Positions 9,172 to 19,729 of a DNA stretch of 26,559 bases are shown in pieces. Where the stretch lies: positions 1-26,559 of the forward strand of contig NW_021836580.1 in the NCBI RefSeq assembly GCF_006345805.1. Reading direction: 5' to 3'. Source of the stretch: Octopus sinensis. Taxonomy: Eukaryota. The notes beneath the pieces are model-generated. The model saw only the letters and a list, made by a program, of their open reading frames with translations, did not search any database and was not told the DNA's origin. Numbering within the stretch: the stretch's first letter is position 1; each line of letters opens with the position of its first letter. The position numbers were made by a program, and so were the translations under genes.

Positions 9172-9890
9172 TTTGATCTTGGTACAACGTCAGCAATTTG
9201 AGGGGAAGGGCAAGTCGATTACATCAATGCCAGTGCTCACCTGAAGTCGACCTCGGCGGAATTTGAATTTCGAACATGGAGAGTCGAAAGAAATTCCATT
9301 AATCCTTTTATCCCATGCGATGACGATTCTGTTTGCTCCCGGCTAATCTAGACAAAAGGCTAGTAGTTTTGAGTGATAGAGATTTGCCGATTCCATCAAC
9401 ACAAATACTTTATTTCGTCAATCCCACAGCAGATAAAACGCAAAGACTTCGGCAGGATGTGAACTCAAAACAAAGAAGCAGGAGAAATTCTACAAGACAT
9501 TTTTGCCCCAACGCTCGAGCGATTCTGTCAGCTCGCCATCTGATGGTAATAGCTTCTGAATAGGACACAAGGCCATCGATTTTGAAGGGAAGGGTTAGTA
9601 CTTGACTTCAGAAGTATGAAAGGCAAAGTTAAACTTGGCGGAATTTGAACCCAGAAAGTAAAGAGCCAGAGGAAATATCTAACGATTCTGCTAACTAATC
9701 CACCGACTAAATTGTTTCTAACATAGCCCCAAATTTTGAAATTTGGGGCAGGGTAAAAGATGAATTATCAACCCTAGTTCCTGACTGGTACTGTATTTTC
9801 CTTAACTCTGGAGGAGTGAAAGGTAAGATTGATCTCGGCGAGATCTGAACACAGAACGTCAAGAGCTAGAACAAAGGAACAAATACCGCT
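9172..9890 (-). mobile_element. Four consecutive degenerate family A SINE copies (about 9172-9350, 9360-9537, 9557-9705, 9720-9890)
   Basis: Each has a reverse-complement B-box (CGGCGGAATTTGAA-like) plus parts of the core; several show internal deletions. Confidence 0.75.
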
Positions 9891-9904
9891 ATGATAATTT
9901 TGTC

Positions 9905-9905
9905 A

Positions 9906-9958
<53 letters not shown>

Positions 9959-9977
9959 TAATAATAATAATAATAAT
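9905..9977. repeat. (TAA)n microsatellite
   Basis: Direct reading. Confidence 0.95.
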
Positions 9978-10170
9978 GGTTTCAAAATTTCGGTACAAAG
10001 CCACTAATTTGAAGAAGAAGTGAGGCAGTCAATTACACAGACCCCATATTTGACTGGTACTTAATTTTATCGACCCTGAAAAGATGGAAGGCAAGGTTGA
10101 CCTCGGCAGGATTTGAACACGCAATGTAAAAAAGCGGAGACAGATGCCACGAGGCATTTTGTAGGACACT
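9978..10170 (-). mobile_element. Family A SINE, diverged
   Basis: GACTGGTACTTAATTTTATCGACCCTGAAAAGATGGAAGGCAAGGTTGACCTCGGCAGGATTTGAAC. Confidence 0.82.
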
Positions 10171-10219
10171 GATAATAATAATAACAACCGATTTCATCGT
10201 TACCAAAATGCTCCGTTTC

Positions 10220-10287
10220 CCCATCATCATCATCATCGTCGTCGTCGCTGCTGCTGTTGTCACTGCTAACACCATCTCCATCATCAA

Positions 10288-10345
<58 letters not shown>

Positions 10346-10485
10346 GCCATCATCATCATCATCGTTGTACTTGTCCTCATCTACTCATTTATGATTACCA
10401 GCATCGTTATCATCATTACCATCATCTTAAGAACTACTACTACTACTACTACCTCCACCACCACCACCACTACTACTACTACTAA
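10220..10485. repeat. (CAT)n and (ACT/ACC)n microsatellites
   Basis: Direct reading. Confidence 0.9.
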
Positions 10486-10572
10486 TTAAATGAAATCTTT
10501 TCTGGCACTCTCATAGATAGTCAATGATATATAATGTAAGGTGTGTGTATGCGTGCACATGTGCGCATATAA

Positions 10573-10574
<2 letters not shown>

Positions 10575-10613
<39 letters not shown>

Positions 10614-10762
10614 CAATCATACACACACACACACACACTTACACAATCATACACACGCACACACACTTACACAATCATACACACGCACACACACAGCTGT
10701 ACTCAGTTCAAGGATATATAATAGTGTAGTGTGTGTATGTATGTATTTCAGTGTGTTTGCGT

Positions 10763-10800
<38 letters not shown>

Positions 10801-10822
10801 TGCACACATACACACACATACA

Positions 10823-10890
<68 letters not shown>
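10575..10890. repeat. (CA)n/(TA)n arrays with an embedded 26-bp minisatellite
   Basis: CACACTTACACAATCATACACACGCA-like unit occurs three times at about 10603-10690. Confidence 0.88.
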
Positions 10891-10891
<1 letters not shown>

Positions 10892-11059
10892 CAGTGATGC
10901 CCAGTTCGACAGACGCATTAGTGGATATAAATATTTGCTGTAGACAACAAATGAAGTCACAGCGTGAAATAATACCTTGGCATTATCACTCACAACAAAG
11001 CTGGATTAAGTTGTTACATTTATCTATTTATTTTCAGAGAGCCTCTCTGTCTGTGCATG

Positions 11060-11077
11060 TGTGTGCGCGCGAGAGAG

Positions 11078-11117
<40 letters not shown>

Positions 11118-11340
11118 TAAGGCAGCAAGTGTGTGTGTGTGCCACAGTATGCTTGTTCGGTGGAGGAGACATAGAGAAAGCGAGAGAAATAGAGAAAGAG
11201 AAGCAGAAAGAGAGAGTGCGAGTGTGTGCCAACATTAAGTGTGTTATGTAATTTATCTCCCTGCACTTTATGTGTATGTGTGTGCGTATGTGTATAAATG
11301 TGCAGGTGCTCTTATGTATGTATGTATGTATGTATGTATG
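11060..11340. repeat. (GA)n, (TG)n and (TATG)n tracts
   Basis: Direct reading. Confidence 0.85.
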
Positions 11341-11689
11341 TATAAGTAAATATATCAAAGAGGGTTTCCTCTCGAGTGTTAGTTGCGTAAGTTACAACTA
11401 GGTACTATTACTCCGTGAAATGTTGTCCGTAACTAATAAGTTTAGCAATAAAGAGATAAGTAAATAAATAAATAAGTAAATAGATATATAAATAAATAAA
11501 TACTGTGATTTAGAACAGTGGCACAGTGCCAAAATTTATTGGGAGAGGTCACAAGAGACGCCAGTATTTGATTGATATGCCTCGTATTGTTCTCTGAAAG
11601 GCAGAGTTGGTCCTGATGGGATTTGACCCCAGGACACAGTGGTTCAATTAAAACTGACATATAAAATGTGCTGGTGCTAGATCTTGTCT

Positions 11690-11762
11690 TTTGGTCCCAG
11701 GCTGGCCTTGAACCACTTTGACCAAGAATCGATGGTGTTCAAGTCATGACCAGCCTTTTATT
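11690..11762 (-). mobile_element. Family C 3' fragment, degenerate
   Basis: Reverse complement GGTCATGACTTGAACACC...TTGGTCAAAG...CCTGGGACCAAA resembles the C 3' half. Confidence 0.45.
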
Positions 11763-11961
11763 CTTTTTATATAGTTTATATATATTTATATATATATACA
11801 TATATATAGTATGTGACTTCGTGAAGACTACCTGCAATTTTTTTTCCTCTGTCCTCCCGTCTCGGGATCTTTCCTTCTTCCCTTCTTTCCTGAGCGTCCA
11901 ATAATACTTTATTTGTTCCACATCCTCGCGTTGTTGTCTTTTTGTTTTCTTGTTTGGATTA

Positions 11962-12011
<50 letters not shown>

Positions 12012-12040
12012 TTAGATTATTAAATGTGGAAATTTGTGTA

Positions 12041-12225
12041 AGGCAGGGAGCTGGTAGAATCGTGAGAGCTTCGGACACAATGCATTTATTCTAGCCCCTT
12101 ACCTTTCTGATTTCAAATGCCACCGAAGTCAACCTTGATCGACAAAGGTACTGGGACTCCGGCGATATTGGGTTTTTTTCCCCTCCGCACAAAATTAGTG
12201 ACCTTGTGCTAAAATCAAGAAAGAA
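12041..12225 (+). mobile_element. Family A SINE, degenerate, alternative 3' end
   Basis: AAGGCAGGGAGCTGGTAGAATCG head; TCTGATTTCAAATGCCACCGAAGTCAACC; 3' CCCCTCCGCACAAAATTAGTGACCTTGTGC. Confidence 0.75.
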
Positions 12226-12485
12226 AAAAAATAAATGTGTGTCTTTTAAGAGAGCAAAGTGCTATTTTGAGGAGGTGTGTTTAATTGCAATTTTTTTGTA
12301 TGCCGTGTGACAACGCTGGGGGTCCTCAGAGGTGATGGAATTTGTTGGGTTGGATTGCTTCATAGAAAGATTAGGAACTCTTACAAGGAACATTCTGATG
12401 TTTTCTTTATATTTATTAAATAACAGAGACTAACAGAAACTATATTGGCTTAAATATAACAACACGGGAAAATTGGGGTGTTCAA

Positions 12486-12486
<1 letters not shown>

Positions 12487-12555
<69 letters not shown>

Positions 12556-12773
12556 TTAAGAGTGTGTGTGTGCATATATATGTAAGGGAGGGGCAAGAGA
12601 GATGAGGAATGCATGGTTTAAATAACTACAATTTACTATGTGTGTAATGTATGTATATATATATATATATATATATTACACATCATTGTCTATTATTATA
12701 TTTTTGTATTTTTATTGCTAGTTAGCTAGCTAGCTTGCTAGATAGATAGATAATAATAGATAGATATATAGAT

Positions 12774-12818
<45 letters not shown>

Positions 12819-12937
12819 GATATAGATATAGATAGTAGATAGTATAGATAGATATATAGATAGATAGATAGATAGATTATAGATAGATGATAGATAGATA
12901 GATAGATAGATCGATGGATGGATAGATAGATAGATAT

Positions 12938-13007
<70 letters not shown>

Positions 13008-13148
13008 GCACAGGCGCGCATACCTACAAATACATTAAATATAGTGAAGAGAAAGAGATTATGAATTAATTATTGTTTTTGTGCGTGTGTTCGCGCACGG
13101 GCATGTGTGTGTGTGTGTGCGCGCGTGAATGAGTGAGTGAATGTGTGT

Positions 13149-13200
<52 letters not shown>

Positions 13201-13240
13201 TGAGTGTGAAGTGCAGAGACTGTGGGACATACACACACAC
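12487..13240. repeat. Microsatellite block: (TG/TA)n 12487-12550, (GATA)n 12740-13005, (TG)n 13100-13240
   Basis: Direct reading. Confidence 0.93.
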
Positions 13241-13396
13241 ACGTACATTCCCCCCACTTATTCATGTTTACATTCTGAATTACCTCCCTTCGCTATCAAC
13301 ACTTGCGTGTTCGCTAAACGTCACTTAACGAACAAACAGTGCGCGTCGGATCAGTCCGCGCAAAATTCTTTGGGAAGTCAATAAACAAGCCTCGTA

Positions 13397-13795
13397 ATGA
13401 AACTCTTCTATAGTATACTACTACTGCTGTTTTTCTGCTATATTTCGTTTTCGGAAGGTAAGAGCATTGAATTCTTTCAATCCCCAAGCGATATTTTTCC
13501 ATCTTATTTTTGGGGTGATACTGCAGGAGAGGATCGTTATCTAAATTTTTTCTCCACCGAAATGAAAAGAAAAATTGCTGCTCGTACACAGAGCGTTATT
13601 GATGCTGATACTATTGTGAAATTTGGTAATAATGTTTCGCTGCTGTTTTGTTTTCTATCGTGTTTTCGTTTTCTTTTTTCTATCGTTTTCTTACGAATCT
13701 CCTACAGAGTTTAAATTATGAATGATTTAACTAATTTCATTATCTCTTTATAAGAGGAAAAAAGCAGACGTCTCCCAAAGCGATTTCCCCGTTGA
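13397..13795 (+). CDS. Candidate small secreted protein; exons 13397-13457, 13527-13625 and 13755-13795; 66 aa; unverified
   Basis: ATG followed by a signal-peptide-like MKLFYSILLLLFFCYISFSEG. Donor AAG|GTAAGA at 13458, acceptor CTGCAG| at 13526, 99-nt phase 1-1 exon, donor G|GTAATA at 13626, branch-like ACTAAT plus pyrimidine tract and TAAG| at 13754. No homologue recognised. Confidence 0.35.
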
Positions 13796-14022
13796 CTGAC
13801 TGTGAGCGGTTCGCTTGTTAATTATACAGTGTCCCGATTGCCTATAGTAGTGTTGTTGCATGCCTTTACCCATTTTACCAAAACATGTAATTCTAACTAC
13901 ACCAGTGGCAGTTACATGGTTTAGATACGGATAAATTACAGCGGCCGTCGTATGCTGCGAACTTACGACCATCGGGCTTTGTAATGTCACACACTTTTGG
14001 TTCTATCCAACACGATGCTTAC

Positions 14023-14140
14023 GTACATACATACATACATACATACATACATACATACATACATACATACATACATACATACATACATACATACATACAT
14101 ACATACATACATACATACATACATACATACATACATACAT
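14023..14140. repeat. (TACA)n microsatellite
   Basis: Direct reading. Confidence 0.97.
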
Positions 14141-14419
14141 GTTTGTATATCGTCGAGAAACAGGCTCCAAATGTATAGTAGGAGTGTATAAGAGTGCTTG
14201 ATTTGAGCATCGTAAGAAAAACGAAATTAGACTCAATCGGGAATCGAAACTCGGACGGAATCGGTCGGGTTTCTTTTTTTGTATTTTCTTTTTTGTCATT
14301 TTTTTTTTGTTTTTTTGTTTTTTCAATCACATCCGCACCAATTAAGATGATCAGATTGGTGTTTTCTTTTGAGTAGTATTCGTAAGGCACAGTGGATAAT
14401 CGACCAGTTATAGTAGAGA

Positions 14420-14638
14420 TGTATGTATGTATGTATGTATGTATGTATGTATGTATGTATGTATGTATGTATGTATGTATGTATGCATGCATATATATAT
14501 GTATGTATGTATGTATGTATATATGTATGCATGCATGCATGTATGTATGTATGTATGTATGTATGTATGTATGTATGTATGTATGTATGTATGTATGCAG
14601 GTATGCATGCTTACATGTATGTATGTATGTATGTATGT
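14420..14638. repeat. (TGTA)n microsatellite
   Basis: Direct reading; it is the reverse complement of the 14023-14140 array. Confidence 0.97.
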
Positions 14639-15884
14639 AGTCCTATAGAAATACGCAGGAAAGCATTTGGACTATAAGCAAAGGCGAACATAACAGCTGA
14701 CAGGCAAAATCGATTCCAGTGTGAATTGAACTCGAAACCTAGATAGAAGAACCTACATCGTAAAACACCTTTAATCTAGGGTTTCTTCTGTCTCTTATTT
14801 CCCTGCCACATTTATTAGATCTGAAATTACCATTAACCGATTCCAAAGCTGGTTTAGATTAAAGAAATATTTTGGCTGCATCGTAAGCGACCCGCTACCT
14901 GTAAGGGCCTCCACATACAACAGAAACAAAAGCTAATCAGCTTGATGTACATCGGCAACAGAAAGAAGAAGATACACCTACGAATGTACACACTAACTGC
15001 CAACGAAGACACCACCACTGCTTTTTTTTGCTTTTTTTTTTTTTTTGTCCTATATATTTTATAAATGTATAAATAACATGACTGAATGAACGGTAGGATT
15101 AAATTCGGGCCTCTTTGAATCGAACATGATCTTCTACTCAAACACTTCCAGAAAACATTTACATTTAGCGTGATTACAGTTTTAATATCTTTTCAGGGGC
15201 CTAGCCTTTTTTTTTGTTTCTTTTTTTTTTTTTAAGGGAAAGCGTATATTTCATTGAATCGACTCCAGTAATAATTTTAACAATCCTAAAGGCATTTTTA
15301 GCCACCAAGGGAAGCTTTATATGTGCTTTAAAGGAACCTTCTACCGAGTCAATAAGGATCTTCTATGCGATCACATAAGCTGCAAAAAATAAAAGCAAAC
15401 TCTCATTTATATTACATTATACAACCTTAAATAACTAAAGGACGCTATACATACATACATATATATATATTATATATATATAATATAATATTATATATAA
15501 TATATAGGAATGGAAATTTTATATAAAGAACGTGAAATACACGAAGGGACGAACACAGAAAACAGACGGGTCATTCGAAGCCTTCAATCTTCAGTCAGAA
15601 ACCGAATCATCATGGCAAATTTCGGCTGATTAATTCTGATATTTGCTCCAACTCGGCCAGCCCCAATATATATATATATGAAATGATGAGATGGTCATGG
15701 TTAGTTATGGACAGTTATGCTCAATCTGGTTTGACTCAGGGCAAACCAACCGCAAAGAGATTTAGACTATGTGCGCAAAGGGTGTATCAGACTACCCCCA
15801 AGCATTTGATTCCGTACTCCACCGTTTGAGACACTCCTCACCACTCCTCAATAGTATAAAATAATATTGGACACGCTGTACGAC

Positions 15885-16030
15885 AGAGAATTAGCGGGAT
15901 TAGTAATTAGAGTGTCGATAGTAATATCATGTAGTATTAGATTCAGCAAGCTGCACTCTGAGTTCAAATCCCACCTAAGTCAACTTGGTCTTTCATCGCT
16001 TTGGGGTTGATAAATAAAGCACCAGTCCAC
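15885..16030 (+). mobile_element. Family A SINE, old
   Basis: CTCTGAGTTCAAATCCCACCTAAGTCAACTTGGTCTTTCATCGCTTTGGGGTTGATAAATAAAGCACCAG. Confidence 0.75.
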
Positions 16031-16589
16031 CAGCCCAGAACAGTGTATTGAGGGAGTCGTTACAACGTTGTTTGAAATGTTTTTATGTTTCCCTACTTTG
16101 CGTTTGGAGTTCAAATTTTTAGTCATTATTTATCACCAGCTTTTGGTGCTTGGCTAATGGAGATAGGCTTCCATTGTTGGATAGAGCGATTGGGTAATTG
16201 GAACAAGATTTCCGTTGCGTCCATATGTTTGAATGAAAAAATGCGAACCTTGCACCAGAGAGGGGCAGAATGCATATTAGGTCAGTAAAAAAAAAAGCAA
16301 ACTGGAATTCAATCCTTCTTGTGATGCATACAAGCAAACATGAATAAGCGGTAATATTTAAATTTCGTCCACGTCTAAATTTGAAACCATCCCCAAATGA
16401 AACCCTTAAAAGTACAAATAAAAATAAAAACAATGAAACCAAAACGGTTTTTAAATATGCTTCATACTTATGAACATGTACCAAAAGGTACTCTTTTTGT
16501 TTTTTTCTTGCAGTAGAGATGAGGGCCTCCACAGGATCTTTTACACTTACGATTGCTTCTGGTACTAAAAAATGTTTCCCCCCACCAGG

Positions 16590-16815
16590 CTCTACATTGT
16601 GCTATAATCTGCTAGAAATAGCAGTCAAATCTCACGCTTAAAATACCCTGCTGCTTTTACTTTATGAAAAATAAGAATACTGGGTAGTGCAGTGTTATGT
16701 AAACTCTGTCGGCAGAGACGAGATGGTCATGGCTGGAACGTCTTTGGTCATAGGTTTGCTCTATCAAGACATGACGTGGAGCTAAATAGCAACAGACAGC
16801 TACAACAACAATAAG
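16590..16815 (+). mobile_element. Family C element
   Basis: CTGCTAGAAATAGCAGTCAAATC...GATGGTCATGGCTGGAACGTCTTTGGTCATAGG...GCTAAATAGCAACA. Confidence 0.75.
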
Positions 16816-16919
16816 CAAACCATGCTACCAAAGCTGACCTTAATAGGATTCGGCCCTGGGGGTCAGGTTCCGTACTACAGGTGCTGTGATATGTAATTGT
16901 TATGGGTGGAGGAGATGAT

Positions 16920-17395
16920 GACGTTGTTGCATTTATATGACCCCAGGTCAATCCTCGTACAGAACTTATGACCAAAAGCATTCCAGCCATGACTATCCCG
17001 TCTTTTCAGACAGTTATTTAGCACATTTATTTTTTTAAGGACCTATCGAATAATACATTATTCAATGTCCTTTCTCATTTTTGCAAGACGATATTGTTTG
17101 ATTTAAGGCGGCGGGCTGGCAGAAACGTTAGCAAGCCGGGCGAAATGCGTAGCCGTATTTCGTCTGCGGTTACGTTCTGAGTTCAAATTCCGCCGAGGTC
17201 GACTTTGTCTTCAATCCTTTCGGGGTCGATTAAATAAGCACCAGTTACGCACTGGGGTCGATATAATCGACTTTATACCTATGTCTGTCTTTGTTTGTCC
17301 TCTCGGTGTTTAACCCCTTGTGGGTAGTAAAGAAATGGGTAGTGTTTGATTTGAGGGGAGATTTGGTTATTGTTCCTAGCAGACTGGAGGCAAAT
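16920..17395 (-). mobile_element. Family C element, split by a family A SINE
   Basis: 3' half GTTGTTG...CCCCAGGTCAA...CATTCCAGCCATGACTATCCCGTC; 5' half GGGAGATTTGGTTATTGTTCCTAGCAG lies after the SINE. Confidence 0.72.
17105..17342 (+). mobile_element. Family A SINE, young, with 10-bp target-site duplication
   Basis: Full head, core and tail; TGTTTGATTT at 17095-17104 and again at 17343-17352. Confidence 0.93.
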
Positions 17396-18004
17396 GTGCG
17401 CTTCGAGCCATAGAAGCTCGGTTTTGGGGCCTCTATGGAATTTGCTCTGACACTACGTGCTACTCATTTCTGCTCTTCAAATGCTCTTCCCCCGACCACG
17501 CTAACAGATACGCTACGTTGAGTGTTGCAGCGACCTCGACAGCGGGAACTAAAGTGAAGAGATAATCTGAGAGAATGGAAAACGTTTGAGTAAAACAACA
17601 GTAATATACTAACTAGTAGTACATGCTCTCTGTTGTAACTTACGAAATATCTGACTTTTTGTGTAGCTTAGGTAAATAGTTTGCGTCTGTGTCTTTACAC
17701 CCGTAATCCTGAATCCGTGGAAAATTTTAGGGTTCCACAATGAAATTTGGGTTATCGTACTGATTTTGATGGTCTTATTTTCTTTCTACGTTGATTTCTA
17801 AATATGCTGAGTGCTAATTTATTTACAAGGCTGTTAATGTTATGAAATAGGTATTAAAGATTAATTTTTTTTTTGTCTTAACATGTATGGGGGTGATGGA
17901 GGGAAATGGAGACGGTGAACCGTTAAAAGAGAAATACCGTAAAACGTTTAAGAAACACTGATTTACATAGACGAGTATCTAAGACCAGTCAATGAGGTAG
18001 ACTC

Positions 18005-18178
18005 TACATAGTAGCTCGGCCTGCTAGAAATAGCAGCCAAATATCCATTAAATCATAACTACCATCTCGAAAATAATATGTAAGGAACGATGCATTCGGT
18101 AATGTATTCTCTCGATCCCTCATTCCTTTATAGATAGTCTGTTCGATCAGGGTTGAATTGGGCCAAACAACAAAACAG
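18005..18178 (+). mobile_element. Family C element with internal deletion
   Basis: GTAGCTCGGCCTGCTAGAAATAGCAGCCAAAT...TCTGTTCGATCAGGGTTGAATTGGGCCAAACAAC. Confidence 0.75.
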
Positions 18179-18759
18179 CCTACCGTGCTTTTAATTCAGG
18201 AAAGGTTGGAGAGAGATAAATAACTGTTACGTGTATAATTTCCTTGTAGCATTAGGCTCAATATTTCTCCGAGGGGTGAGGCAAATGGGGATTGAAAAGG
18301 TGCCGGACAAATTAATATGATTAATAGAATTATGACAATTTTAGACTTTTTCAACCTTGTCAGACATCATAGAGAAGAAAGAAGAATTATATGGATCCAA
18401 ACAATAATTTGTCTTCTAGATTACTAGAGGAGGGGCTGCAAATAATTGCCCCCTTTTTTTTGCGTGGGGCTCTATTTGTTAGGGTGTGGCCCACTGCATC
18501 AGCAGATACGTCAGTGTGCAGGAATGGGAAACATGTTGCGAATTCAACTTTTCTCTCAAGAATGTACTATTGCAAAATAAAGCCTTGCACTCGCCATGCA
18601 TGCACACATACACACGTATGCACAAGCACGCACACACACACACGTACACGAACGCACACACAAGCACACACACACATGCACACAGGCACGTAAGGGCAAA
18701 CACATACATACAACTAAACACACATGGAAACAAACCAATGACGAAGCGTCTGCGCCTTC

Positions 18760-18940
18760 GCTCGACCTGGTAGAAATAGCAGCTAAATCTCCCTGAACTT
18801 ATCCTTCGTCTTAAACAGAGAATGATATTGTTCCAAGTAATAGTACCTAATATACAAAAGGCATGTTTTTGGATTGTCACGGGTGGAACGCCTTTGATCA
18901 TAAGTCTGCAAGATCGGGGCTGACCCGGGGCTAAACAATA
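18760..18940 (+). mobile_element. Family C element
   Basis: GCTCGACCTGGTAGAAATAGCAGCTAAATCTCCC...GCCTTTGATCATAAGTCTGC.AGATCGGGGCTGACCCGGGGCTAAACAA. Confidence 0.8.
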
Positions 18941-18971
18941 CTTACGATACCATAATGCTTAACATACATAC

Positions 18972-19107
18972 CTGTGTGGCAGTGAAGTTAAAGAAAAATT
19001 GCAGTCATGTAGATTTGGGTTCAATCCCACTGAACGACATTTGGGGTTTGACCAATGCCTTAAGGATGAATTTGATAGGCGAAAACTATGTGAAAGTCCG
19101 TCATAGG

Positions 19108-19145
<38 letters not shown>

Positions 19146-19167
19146 CATACATACATACATACATACA

Positions 19168-19198
<31 letters not shown>

Positions 19199-19238
19199 GT
19201 GTGAGAGAGAGTGCCTGTTGATATATTTATGTGTGTGT

Positions 19239-19255
<17 letters not shown>
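18972..19255 (+). mobile_element. Family B SINE 5' half, degenerate, followed by (GATA)(CATA)(TG) microsatellites
   Basis: GGGTTCAATCCCACTG B-box; GACCAATGCCTT...GAAAACT..GAAAGTCCGTCATA. Confidence 0.65.
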
Positions 19256-19261
<6 letters not shown>

Positions 19262-19269
<8 letters not shown>

Positions 19270-19650
19270 GTAAGTAGCTTGCTTACCAACCACATGGTTT
19301 CGGGTTCGGTCCCACTGCGTGGCACCTTGGGCAAGTGTCTTCTACTATAGCCTCGGGCCAACCAAAGCCTTGTGAATGGATTTGGTAGACGGAAACTGAA
19401 AGAAGCCCGTCGTATATATGTATATATATATATATATTGTTGTGTGTGTGTATGTGTATGTTTGTGTGTCTGTGTTTGTCCCCCCAACATCGCTTGACAA
19501 CCGATGCTGGTGTGTTTACGTCCCCGTAATTTAGCGGTTCGGCAAAAGAGACCGATAAAATAAGTACTAGGCATACACGAATAAGTCCTATGGTCGATTT
19601 GCTCGACTAAAGGCGGTGCGCCAGCATGGCCACAGTCACATGGCTGAATA
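19262..19650 (+). mobile_element. Family B SINE: tRNA-like head, CORE-like domain, internal microsatellite and 3' module
   Basis: B-box-like GGGTTCGGTCCC; GGCACCTTGGGCAAGTGTCTT resembles the CORE-domain motif; internal (TA/TG)n at 19415-19470; tail GGCGGTGCGCCAGCATGGCCACAGTC. Confidence 0.88.
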
Positions 19651-19657
19651 TATATAT

Positions 19658-19726
<69 letters not shown>

Positions 19727-19729
<3 letters not shown>

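Noticed and set aside
13968-14012. Minus-strand WIEPKVCDITKPDG with a good GTAAGT donor, reminiscent of an ELAPOR-family motif
   Set aside because: An in-frame stop lies four codons upstream, there is no pyrimidine-rich acceptor, and the match is only about six residues.
15520-15665. Possible Penelope-type hammerhead on the minus strand (CTGAAGA...TTCGAA)
   Set aside because: The required GAAA reads GAAT and stems I/III are not evident; possibly a repeat fragment, but I cannot classify it.
16085-16288. 67-aa ORF with possible AG/GT boundaries
   Set aside because: The 5' part overlaps SINE-like remnants (GAGTTCAAATT) and the peptide has no recognisable features.
17645-17709. 65-nt minus-strand exon-like segment (TTCAG| ... 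C|GTAAGT)
   Set aside because: Open in two frames with no recognisable peptide and no compatible neighbouring exon; too short to support without RNA data.
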